This document shows, piece by piece, positions 1 through 7,340 of a stretch of 35,181 nucleotides of DNA. Under the pieces are notes generated by a model. That model was not told where the DNA came from. It ran no database searches and saw nothing but the letters and a program-made list of their open reading frames with translations. The DNA comes from a virus (Duplodnaviria; Caudoviricetes): positions 1 through 35,181 of IMG/VR virus record IMGVR_UViG_3300032097_000001. One strand, given 5' to 3'. How positions within the stretch are numbered: the stretch's first letter is position 1; each line of letters opens with the position of its first letter. Position numbers and translations under genes: made by a program.

Positions 1-53
1 GAAACGCCCGCGTGCCTCGCGCGGCACCAGCAGTTGCCGCGGCGTGTCACCAG

Positions 54-103
54 TGTAGCGCGCCGCACAAATTGCGACACCGGGCCATTAGGTTTGTGAC
101 ACG
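54..103. repeat. Phage right-type end (attR-like) with putative transposase-binding sites
   Basis: Begins TGT at 54. TGNGAYA motif at 73-79 (tgcgaca) and 95-101 (tgtgaca), 22 bp apart. The same motif sits at the same distance from the opposite terminus. Confidence 0.7.
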
Positions 104-117
104 GAATTCTGACCCTT

Positions 118-1158
118 TTAATCGTCCTTTACCAGCCGCTTAAACACCACACTCCCCAGCACTCGCCGCCGTATAGTTTCACTGTCCGCATGCCTTGCAT
201 GAGCCACCCACGAAGCGATGCGCTGACGGACATCTGCCGGGTCGATCAGGCCCCTGGCGTACTGCCACTCCATCTCCCGCATCCGGCGCTTCATGCGTCG
301 CACCGAGTCCTTGCGCAGCAGGCGCTTGTGGGGCCAGATCCGATAGCCCAGGAAGTTCACGCCACGGCTGGCAGGCAGCACGCTGGCCTTGCTGAACCGC
401 ATTCCCATACTGGCCAGCTTGTCGTCGAACGCCTGGCGCAGATCCAGGGCCTCCTCCTTTGTGCGCACCAGCACCACCATGTCGTCCATGTACCGCGCAT
501 AGCGCCGCAGGCGCAGGTCGCGCTTGGCCCATTGGTCGATGCGATTACCCACCAGGTTCGCGATCCACTGGCTGGTCAGGTTGCCCACGGGGATGCCTAC
601 CGGGTCCGGGTCGCAGGGATCGGCGGTGCTGTCGATGATGGCATCCAGCACCCGCAGGGTGGCTGTGCAGCGGATGCGGTCACGGATCACGGCCTTGGCC
701 AGATCGTGGCGGATGGAGAAGAAATACTTGCTGACGTCCATTTTCAGCACCCAGGTGTCGCCGCTGGCGACCATGCCGCGCAGCCACTTCTCGACGCGAT
801 CCGCGCCCACGTGGGTGCCCTTGCCGACGCGGCAGGCGTAGTTGTCGAAGATCATGGAGCGGTCCCAGATGGAGCCGCAGATATTGCAGATGGCGTGCTG
901 CGCCACCCGGTCACGGTAGGGCGCCGCCAGGATCTCGCGGCGCTTCGGCTCGTAGACCACAAAGGAGCGGTAGCGGCCAGGGGCGTAGGTGCCCCACAGC
1001 AGCTCCATCTGGAGCGCGCCCAGCTCCTCCCATAGATTCGTTTCGAAGGCTGCCACCTCTCGGCGGTCGCGCTTTCCGCGCCTCGCCAGGCGGTGCGCCT
1101 CCATCAGATTGTCCCAGTCGATGATCTGCTCGATCAGGTTGTTTTGTTTGCGTGCCAT
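118..1158 (-). CDS. brt: DGR reverse transcriptase
   Basis: RT motifs LKMDVSKYFFSI, GIPVGNLTSQWIANL (G-x5-SQ, typical of DGR RTs) and RYMDD. Adjacent to TR and avd. ATG at 1158 preferred over TTG at 1173. Confidence 0.96.
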   Translation of the reverse strand: MARKQNNLIEQIIDWDNLMEAHRLARRGKRDRREVAAFETNLWEELGALQMELLWGTYAPGRYRSFVVYEPKRREILAAPYRDRVAQHAICNICGSIWDRSMIFDNYACRVGKGTHVGADRVEKWLRGMVASGDTWVLKMDVSKYFFSIRHDLAKAVIRDRIRCTATLRVLDAIIDSTADPCDPDPVGIPVGNLTSQWIANLVGNRIDQWAKRDLRLRRYARYMDDMVVLVRTKEEALDLRQAFDDKLASMGMRFSKASVLPASRGVNFLGYRIWPHKRLLRKDSVRRMKRRMREMEWQYARGLIDPADVRQRIASWVAHARHADSETIRRRVLGSVVFKRLVKDD

Positions 1159-1329
1159 TGGGTATCCATTCAATTCAGGGCGCCCGGGCGGGGCTTTCGC
1201 TTGGCGCTAGTCGCGCCACCCGGGCTATCGTGTTCGGCCCACCGGAGCGGGACCGGGATAGATCGGCTGACCCCCTGTTAGGGATCTCAGGTGACGGCAA
1301 CACCGTTGCCGCCCTCTCTGGTATTGGTG
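1159..1329 (-). ncRNA. DGR spacer (Sp) segment of the avd-TR-Sp template RNA
   Basis: 171-nt non-coding gap between TR and RT. Inverted repeats at 1295-1301/1305-1311, 1202-1207/1213-1218 and 1182-1188/1219-1225. Same position as the structured spacer of the Bordetella BPP-1 DGR. Confidence 0.7.
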
Positions 1330-1457
1330 GTCACAGACGCAACGCAGGCCCACATTGCCATTCGCGTTCCACGGATTCGCGTTGGAGTTCAGGCAGCGAG
1401 AGCCGCAGTGGGCGCCGTCGTCGAATTGGCCGCCGCCGATGAAGCTGCGCCAAGAGG
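1330..1457 (-). repeat. DGR template repeat (TR)
   Basis: 128-bp ungapped match to 1854-1981. All 10 mismatches are at A on the minus strand. Rich in AAC/AAT codons (reads SWRSFIGGGQFDDGAHCGSRCLNSNANPWNANGNVGLRCVCD). Confidence 0.97.
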
Positions 1458-1485
1458 CGTCGAAACCCGACCTACCCCTAAAAGG

Positions 1486-1842
1486 TCAGGCGCCCAGTCG
1501 CTGGCGCCAGGCGCCGATCATGGCGCCGATCTCGGATAGCTGCTTGCTGGCATCTCCCACGCGCTTGATGCCCAGCAGCTTGCGTTCTGCTGCATGGCGC
1601 AGCAGGGCGTGAAGGTATCGGACCTGTTCATCTGCGCGGTAAACCTTGCTTTTCTGGTTGCTCATGGCCGCCTCGATCAGGCGCCGCACCAATTCCCACA
1701 GCTCGTCCTCTAGCCGGATGGCGTAGCGGTAGCGCTGGTGTTTCGGGATCTTGTCGATGTGCGGCGCCAGGTCGATGATCAGCCGCTCGGCCTTGTTGAC
1801 GATAACCAGACCCCGCTGTCGCGGGGCCTTTTCAGGGGTCAT
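1486..1842 (-). CDS. avd: DGR accessory variability determinant (Avd, four-helix bundle)
   Basis: About 118 aa, basic, with IPKHQRY and C-terminal LSEIGAMIGAW (EIGxxxGxW motif). Lies between target gene and TR. Confidence 0.92.
   Translation of the reverse strand: MTPEKAPRQRGLVIVNKAERLIIDLAPHIDKIPKHQRYRYAIRLEDELWELVRRLIEAAMSNQKSKVYRADEQVRYLHALLRHAAERKLLGIKRVGDASKQLSEIGAMIGAWRQRLGA
1809..1828 (-). promoter_or_regulatory. DGR target-recognition hairpin/cruciform downstream of VR
   Basis: Minus strand GG-CCCCGC-GACA-GCGGGG-TC: 6-bp perfect GC stem with a GRNA-type 4-nt loop, about 25 nt 3' of VR. Confidence 0.75.
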
Positions 1843-1844
1843 GG

Positions 1845-2915
1845 TCACAGGGCGTCACAGACGCAACGCAGGCCCACAATGCCAAGCGCGCCCCACGGAA
1901 TCGCGATGGAGTTCAGGCAGCGAGAGCCGCAGGGGGCGCCGTCGTCGAATTGGCCGCCGCCGACGAAGCCGCGCCAAGAGGACGCATCGCTAGCGCCATA
2001 GACATAGCTGCGCATTTCGCCGCGCGCGAAGGCGGCATCCTTGCCCACGTCCACGATGGACTTATCCCAGCCGGTGCGGTTTTCCAGACCCAGGTCGTAG
2101 TGGTCATCCAGCCACTCCCACAGGTTTCCTGCGGCGTCCACCACGTTGAACATGGAGACCGCCTTGGCCACCGCGCCGGTGTTGGTCGGGCCGGTGTTGG
2201 TGGTCGCAGACCAGGCCGTGTCGTTGTTGCCGTCGTTGCCCTGGGGCGCGCCCTCGGCGTAGGTCAAAAACTCCTCGGCGCTGGGGATGCGCTTGCCGGC
2301 ATTGCGGGCCAGCAGGTGGAAGTCGGAACGGGCGTAGATGTCGTCCTTGATCGGCGGCACACCGTAGCGGCTCACCGGGATGTTCTCCGGCCAGGTACCG
2401 CTGCCCTCGCTGGCCAGGTAGATATCCGCCCACAGCTTGCCGGGCACCACCTCCACCATCCCGGTGGGGTCACAGGTGGGCCGATGCTGCAGATCCCACA
2501 CGCTGTTGGGCACAATCTGGACGGCCGGTGTGATGCTGGCGTTGTAGCGGTCCGCCACTGCCCGAACGCGGCCATAGTGGAAGCCGCCGATCTTGCGGCT
2601 GTTGGCGCTGGTGTAGCCGCCCGGCACGGTGATGTTGGTGCTGGCGATTAGACCGGCGAGGCCGGCGTCGCTCTGCACCGCGTACAGGTACACGTCGTCA
2701 CCCAGGGCCAGCGCGTCCAGCGAGCCGTCCTGGTTGGCCACGGCGGTCGGGTCCCAGTCGACCAGAGGCTCCAGCACGTAGCCCTTGCCGTTGCCGCCGA
2801 TGTTCAGGATGCCTTCTGGCACATCCAGGCGCATGGCGCCAGATGCCTCGATAGCCCCCATCAGCCCGAAGTGTCCCGCCCCCTGGGCGGGGATTGCATA
2901 AGTCCGCTGGACCAT
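1845..2915 (-). CDS. DGR target protein, Mtd-like receptor-binding protein with C-type lectin (FGE-like) C-terminal domain
   Basis: GKRIPSAEEF, DAAGNLWEW and GGG...CGSRC...GLRCVCD motifs. VR encodes the last ~45 aa. Last gene of the tail module. Confidence 0.92.
   Translation of the reverse strand: MVQRTYAIPAQGAGHFGLMGAIEASGAMRLDVPEGILNIGGNGKGYVLEPLVDWDPTAVANQDGSLDALALGDDVYLYAVQSDAGLAGLIASTNITVPGGYTSANSRKIGGFHYGRVRAVADRYNASITPAVQIVPNSVWDLQHRPTCDPTGMVEVVPGKLWADIYLASEGSGTWPENIPVSRYGVPPIKDDIYARSDFHLLARNAGKRIPSAEEFLTYAEGAPQGNDGNNDTAWSATTNTGPTNTGAVAKAVSMFNVVDAAGNLWEWLDDHYDLGLENRTGWDKSIVDVGKDAAFARGEMRSYVYGASDASSWRGFVGGGQFDDGAPCGSRCLNSIAIPWGALGIVGLRCVCDAL
1854..1981 (-). repeat. DGR variable repeat (VR)
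   Basis: Copy of TR with substitutions at 1879, 1885, 1886, 1891, 1892, 1900, 1906, 1933, 1964 and 1970, each opposite a TR adenine. Confidence 0.97.
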
Positions 2916-3265
2916 TAGACAGCCTCCAGATCAGTAATTGCTTGTTCGACTTCCGGCACCGTGAAGCCCAGCCGGAAGATCTCCGCTTGCGGGCTCTCGA
3001 TGTGCTTCATTTGGACGCGCCGGGTCTCGCCGGTTTCCTCGTCCTCCACGCTCAACACGCGGTAGTCCGGCAGCTCGCCATCCGGGCTCTCGGCTTCGGC
3101 CAGCTCCCGGTCATAGACATAGGTGAAGCGCCCGACCAGCAGGCCCTCCAGGTGCCGCTTGAGCGTGGCCACACCTTGCGGGCGAATCTCGCCCTGGGTG
3201 GCCAGGCCCTGCAGCAGGTCATAATCAGCCCGCGTGCGCAGGCCATAACGGGGTACTCCCTGCAT
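2915..3265 (-). CDS. Hypothetical tail-associated protein (possible adaptor/chaperone for the DGR target)
   Basis: 116-aa ORF abutting both neighbours, with a GGAGG RBS. Function inferred from position only. Confidence 0.7.
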   Translation of the reverse strand: MQGVPRYGLRTRADYDLLQGLATQGEIRPQGVATLKRHLEGLLVGRFTYVYDRELAEAESPDGELPDYRVLSVEDEETGETRRVQMKHIESPQAEIFRLGFTVPEVEQAITDLEAV

Positions 3266-3535
3266 TTAGACTTCCTCCACAGTAATGACCGCCACACCAT
3301 CCACGCGGCTGACCGCGCGGCGATCGGCGATCGCATTGATTGCTGCTGCCAGCTGGGTCTCGTCCGCGATGTCGGCGTTAATGCCGGCATCCGCCAGGAC
3401 GTTCAGCAGCTCACGCTGCAGCATGTTGAAATAATCGGCCAGCATGGGCGTCGCGCGCACGTTGCTGGCCGGGTCTCCGTTTCTCCACTCACCCTCGGAC
3501 GTGGTCCGCTCGGTAAAGACACCTACCTTCTCCAT
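3266..3535 (-). CDS. Short tail-fibre N-terminal (baseplate-anchor) protein
   Basis: 89 aa from ATG 3535 (GGAGG RBS). The GEWRNGDPASNVRATPMLADYFNMLQRELLNVL...DETQLAAAI pattern resembles the N-terminus of Mu-type tail fibres. Follows gp48. Confidence 0.75.
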   Translation of the reverse strand: MEKVGVFTERTTSEGEWRNGDPASNVRATPMLADYFNMLQRELLNVLADAGINADIADETQLAAAINAIADRRAVSRVDGVAVITVEEV

Positions 3536-3537
3536 CG

Positions 3538-4164
3538 TTAAGCCTCCTGATAGCCCACATTCAAAATCAGCCAGGACGGTGCGGCTTCGTGCAGTGCGCA
3601 CTCCACCAGCTGATCGCCCCAACTCCGCAGCGGGTCGCCAATCTCCGACGCGCCGATCTCAGCCACGCGCACCACGCCATTCGGCACCAGCACGTCCCAG
3701 GCCCACAGCCAGTCCTCGCCGTTCATCGGGTCGCCGATCTCCGCGCCCCTGGTTCCTGCACCGGCGCCCAGCTCCATGGTCGCCTCGCGGTGCTCGATGA
3801 TCTGCGCGCCCTCGTAACCCAGCCCCTCGGCCAGGTCGATATAGTCCTGCTGGCGCATACCACCCCGGCCGACAATTCGCCCGATCAGCGCCACGCGGCG
3901 ATCAGTAAGGCTCTGTTCGGTCGGCGCACACTCGCTGGGCAGGCTATAGCTGCTCTCCCACTCAGGAAAAAGCGCATCCGCCTGGCGCGGGTCAGCCTCC
4001 GCCAGCAACTCCAGGCCGCGAGCATCCACTCGTGCAAACTCCTGGGCGGAGCCGTCCAGGAGTCGCTGCAGGTTGCTCTCGGGCTCGGTCGGCCAGACCA
4101 TGCCCGGCGGCAGCAGGCTGAAAAGCAGCCCGCGATAGTCACCACCCGTTAGTTCTGCACCCAT
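3538..4164 (-). CDS. Baseplate/tail protein, Mu gp48-like (YmfQ/DUF2313)
   Basis: LLPPGMVW, EADPR, WESSYSLP and RSWGDQLVEC motifs; synteny after baseplate J. Confidence 0.85.
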   Translation of the reverse strand: MGAELTGGDYRGLLFSLLPPGMVWPTEPESNLQRLLDGSAQEFARVDARGLELLAEADPRQADALFPEWESSYSLPSECAPTEQSLTDRRVALIGRIVGRGGMRQQDYIDLAEGLGYEGAQIIEHREATMELGAGAGTRGAEIGDPMNGEDWLWAWDVLVPNGVVRVAEIGASEIGDPLRSWGDQLVECALHEAAPSWLILNVGYQEA

Positions 4165-5201
4165 GTCACACCTCCCCAGATCGGCAGCACGCCGGTGGCG
4201 TGGATCACGTCAGCGGTAGGCGACTGCAGGTCGTAGTCCTCCACGCCAGGCGCCAGACTGATCGCCGCACGGATGCGGGAAATCAGCAGGGTGCCGCCGG
4301 GCTCGCCCTCGCGCTCCACCAAATCGGCCAGGGCCTGGGCAGCAGCGGTGCGCACCTCCTCGGTGTCCGGCGTGACGATCAACTCCGGCGCGAACGACTT
4401 GGTATCCGGCGCCACCACGTACACCTGGGCCTGTACGTTCTTGCGGTCCTCGATGTAGTCCAGAACCACGTCCAGCAGCTGCTGCGAAGGCAGCGGGCCG
4501 GTGCTCGCATCGTCCGCCATGATGCGGATCACCACCGATCCCGGCCCCATGCCCAGCGGGTCCTCCCAGGCACGGGTCACGCCCGGCACTTCCAGCGCCC
4601 AGCCTTCCCAGTCACCCTGGGCACCGCCACGCGGCACCCGCGCCCGGCGCAACAGGATGCGATCGCGCCAGCTGCTGGGCGTCTCCAGATCCGCGCCACC
4701 CCGGATGCCATCAACACCCACCACGGCCGCCGTGGAAACACCAGGCAACGGCGACACCAGGCGCAGCTCCGCGCCGGCGTCCTGGTCACCAGCCAACCCG
4801 GCGGCCAGCGCCTCCACGGTGGCCGTGGCCGTGCCGGCGGCAATCACCGCTTCGGCGGTGGTCTCGTATTCCTGGCCATCCAGCTGCAGCCGCGTGCCCT
4901 CAACGATCACCGCGTCGTCGCTGCCCTCAAAGGTCACCTCGCCGGTGGCCTTGGCCGCCTGGCGGCGTGGCACGCCAGCGCTGTGCAGGTGCAGCAGCTC
5001 GTCGTCGCAGGTCTCCGGGAACAGCTGGCGCTCCAGCCATTGCAGATACCCATAAAGGCCGTGCGTTACCCCGGCCTGGCTCGTGGCCAGGGCCTTGGTC
5101 AGGCGCGTGGCCAGCGCCGCCTGCGCACCCGGCAGCCGGGACAGCAGGTCCTGGTCGACCCGCGTCATCAGCTCCGGTAATGAAGGCCGTTTAAACGCCA
5201 T
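4149..5201 (-). CDS. Baseplate J-like wedge protein, Mu gp47-like
   Basis: MAFKRPSL start, GGADLE, WALEVPGVTRAW, GPGSVVI motifs. Confidence 0.92.
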   Translation of the reverse strand: MAFKRPSLPELMTRVDQDLLSRLPGAQAALATRLTKALATSQAGVTHGLYGYLQWLERQLFPETCDDELLHLHSAGVPRRQAAKATGEVTFEGSDDAVIVEGTRLQLDGQEYETTAEAVIAAGTATATVEALAAGLAGDQDAGAELRLVSPLPGVSTAAVVGVDGIRGGADLETPSSWRDRILLRRARVPRGGAQGDWEGWALEVPGVTRAWEDPLGMGPGSVVIRIMADDASTGPLPSQQLLDVVLDYIEDRKNVQAQVYVVAPDTKSFAPELIVTPDTEEVRTAAAQALADLVEREGEPGGTLLISRIRAAISLAPGVEDYDLQSPTADVIHATGVLPIWGGVTWVQN

Positions 5202-5212
5202 TTACCCCTCCG

Positions 5213-5656
5213 TTATGCAGCGTTTCGCCACACATAGTCGTATTGCCGTTCCAGCACCGCGCGATCGCCGCGCCGGATCACCACCCGCAGGCCCAGCGTG
5301 TCGCGGCGCATGTGATACGCCTCGACTTCCACCGCTTCGGCCACTTCATCCTCCACCAGCCATTCCAGCGCCTCCTCGGCGTATTCCTGGGCACGGCGGC
5401 GGACCTCCTCCTGTTCCTTCTCGCGGTGCAGCAGCCACAACCGGGAGCCGTGCGGGCGGTCGTTATAAGCGTCTGCCCAGTAGCCCCGGCGGTCGCTGGT
5501 GCCATCCGGCAGGCGGTCCTCCTCCAGGGCGCGGCGGTCGGTGAACAGTGACAGGATCACCGCCGTCTCCAGGCCCTCGTCGGTCGCCAGGTCGCCGCCC
5601 TCGATGTCCAGATCGAAGCGCTTGGCGCCTGGGTCAAACTTCAATGCAATGTCCAT
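5213..5656 (-). CDS. Baseplate protein Mu gp46-like
   Basis: GLETAVILSLFTDRRA, RGYWAD, GSRLWLL, YAEEALEWLVED. Confidence 0.92.
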   Translation of the reverse strand: MDIALKFDPGAKRFDLDIEGGDLATDEGLETAVILSLFTDRRALEEDRLPDGTSDRRGYWADAYNDRPHGSRLWLLHREKEQEEVRRRAQEYAEEALEWLVEDEVAEAVEVEAYHMRRDTLGLRVVIRRGDRAVLERQYDYVWRNAA

Positions 5657-6273
5657 CAGTCCATCCCCTGGTTAGGCGTGCTGGTCGTGCCGCCAGAGTC
5701 GCCCGGGTGGTTGTGCCCGTTGTAGGTATCGCGCATGCCTTGCATGGTGCCCTTCGGATCGGCCACGGAAGTGGCGGAAGACAGGGCGTCTGTAAACGCG
5801 CCGGTACCGTTCACCACCAGGTTGCCGTTGATCGTCACGTTGCCGTCGTGGGTCGTGGTCGCGGTGATGTGACAGGTCGGCGCGGTCACCTCCAGGTGCT
5901 GCACCGCTTGCACCTGGATCTTGTCGCGTTTGAACACGATCACGTTGCCCAGATCGTCGTACATGGCCACCTCGCCTTGGGCCAGTTCCTTCATGCGGTA
6001 GCGCCGGTCATCCACGGCCAGCGCCACCAGGTGCGCCCGGGCACCACCCACGGCCGCCACAATGGCCTCGGCCCCTGGGTGCGGGTGGCTGGTGTAGCCG
6101 TAGTCCTGGAAGCGCTCGGCCCACGCGGGCTCGCCGCCCAGCAGCGACACCTGCACGCCCTGCAGCTTCAGGCTGTCGTCCACCAGTTTCAGCACGCCCC
6201 GCGAAACCAGCAGGCGGATGCGCCGCCATACCGGCCCCATCAGCCGTTGCCAGGTGCGTCTCTGATCAGCCAT
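5656..6273 (-). CDS. Baseplate spike protein Mu gp45-like
   Basis: ERFQDYGYTSHP, DDRRYR, GEVAMYD and C-terminal YNGHNH (HxH metal-binding tip). Confidence 0.92.
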   Translation of the reverse strand: MADQRRTWQRLMGPVWRRIRLLVSRGVLKLVDDSLKLQGVQVSLLGGEPAWAERFQDYGYTSHPHPGAEAIVAAVGGARAHLVALAVDDRRYRMKELAQGEVAMYDDLGNVIVFKRDKIQVQAVQHLEVTAPTCHITATTTHDGNVTINGNLVVNGTGAFTDALSSATSVADPKGTMQGMRDTYNGHNHPGDSGGTTSTPNQGMD

Positions 6274-7340
6274 TACATCACCACCCAGCCAGTTGCTTGA
6301 TCGCCGCCGCCCTCGGCTTGCGGCTCCGGTACCGGCACTGGCTCGAAGGCCGCCGGCGGGGCCACGCGCAGCTCGGCGGTGCGCCCCTCGCTGCTCTCGA
6401 TCAGCTGCACATCACTGATCAGCATCTGTTCATCCAGCCCCAGGTAGGCATCGCGCACCTGCACCAGGTCACCTGGGCGCCACACGCCTTGCTCATGCCG
6501 CCAGGCGCCCACGGTGTAGGTCACGCCCCGGCCTTTGGCCCAGCGCATGCGCGCCTCCAGCTCCGCCCGGGCCTTGCAGTCGGCCGGGTCGGCCGGGGTG
6601 TCGCACACGATCAGCGTGGTGCGCGGCTTTCGCACGCGGGGGTCGGTCGCCTCGGCCCGGGGGCCGGCGGCGTCCTCGCCGTTCCAGCTGTCGGTACCGG
6701 GCGTCTGCCCCTCGACGATGTAGGTGTTGAAGCGGTCGCGGTCGCTGAACGCCCCGGAGCCTTTGCGAATGTTGCCGCCCAGCTCCAGCGGCGTGCGGAT
6801 CTCCCGCTGCACCGCGTGCACGATCACCAGACGGCCCTGGGCGTCGCTCACGATCCGGGCGCCCCGGATCTGCGCCGCCCGCTCGATAGCCTCGGCGATC
6901 GGCTGGCCATCCTCTAGGGCGAACTCCCGGAAGGGCTTGTCCGCGCCCACGGTGTCGATCACCTCGATGCCGTAGGGCGTGGCCAGGGCGGTGGCGATCT
7001 GCAGCAGGGTCTGGCCGTCGAAGCGCTGGTCCTTGCCGCTGCAGTCGATCAGGTCCGCCGCCTTGCTGCGGCCGCTGGCCGCGATGGTGTGGCTGGTCGC
7101 GTCGTAGTCCGGCAGCACCTCGTCCAGGTAGCCGGTCACCACCAGCTCGTCGCCCACGTGCACCGTGCAGGCTTCGCCCGGCGTCACCGGGCGCACCAGG
7201 CCAGACTCGGCCCAGCGCTCGGTCAGGGTCAGCTCGAAGCTGTCGGCGATCTGCTCCAGGGACAGGCGGATGCGCACCTCCTGCCAGCCCTGGTGGCGCT
7301 GGCTGCCAATCTGCAGCACTACCGGCTCGCGGTTACTCAC
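6273..7340 (-). CDS. Baseplate hub protein Mu gp44 (gpP)-like
   Basis: GWQEVRI, GRSKAADLIDCS, DRFNTYIVEGQ, WRPGDLV. Confidence 0.9.
   Translation of the reverse strand: MSNREPVVLQIGSQRHQGWQEVRIRLSLEQIADSFELTLTERWAESGLVRPVTPGEACTVHVGDELVVTGYLDEVLPDYDATSHTIAASGRSKAADLIDCSGKDQRFDGQTLLQIATALATPYGIEVIDTVGADKPFREFALEDGQPIAEAIERAAQIRGARIVSDAQGRLVIVHAVQREIRTPLELGGNIRKGSGAFSDRDRFNTYIVEGQTPGTDSWNGEDAAGPRAEATDPRVRKPRTTLIVCDTPADPADCKARAELEARMRWAKGRGVTYTVGAWRHEQGVWRPGDLVQVRDAYLGLDEQMLISDVQLIESSEGRTAELRVAPPAAFEPVPVPEPQAEGGGDQATGWVVM

Noticed and set aside
43-103. 8-bp inverted repeat CGTGTCAC (43-50) / GTGACACG (96-103), suggesting a terminus at TG 45
   Set aside because: Only a start at 54 aligns ungapped with the opposite end. 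The 43-50 copy probably lies in flanking DNA by chance, though this is not excluded.
118-1158. RT as group II intron, retron or Abi-type RT
   Set aside because: It is small, has the G-x5-SQ motif, and comes with avd and an adenine-specific TR/VR pair, which all indicate a DGR. No intron or msr/msd context was seen.
1827-1836. CCT-GAAA-AGG mini-hairpin with a BPP-1-like GAAA loop just 3' of VR
   Set aside because: Only a 3-bp stem; the adjacent 6-8 bp GACA-loop hairpin is the better candidate.
1291-2001. Plus-strand ORFs with near-identical peptides (1291-1539, 1355-1612, 1738-2001, etc.)
   Set aside because: These are antisense shadows of the TR/VR duplication.
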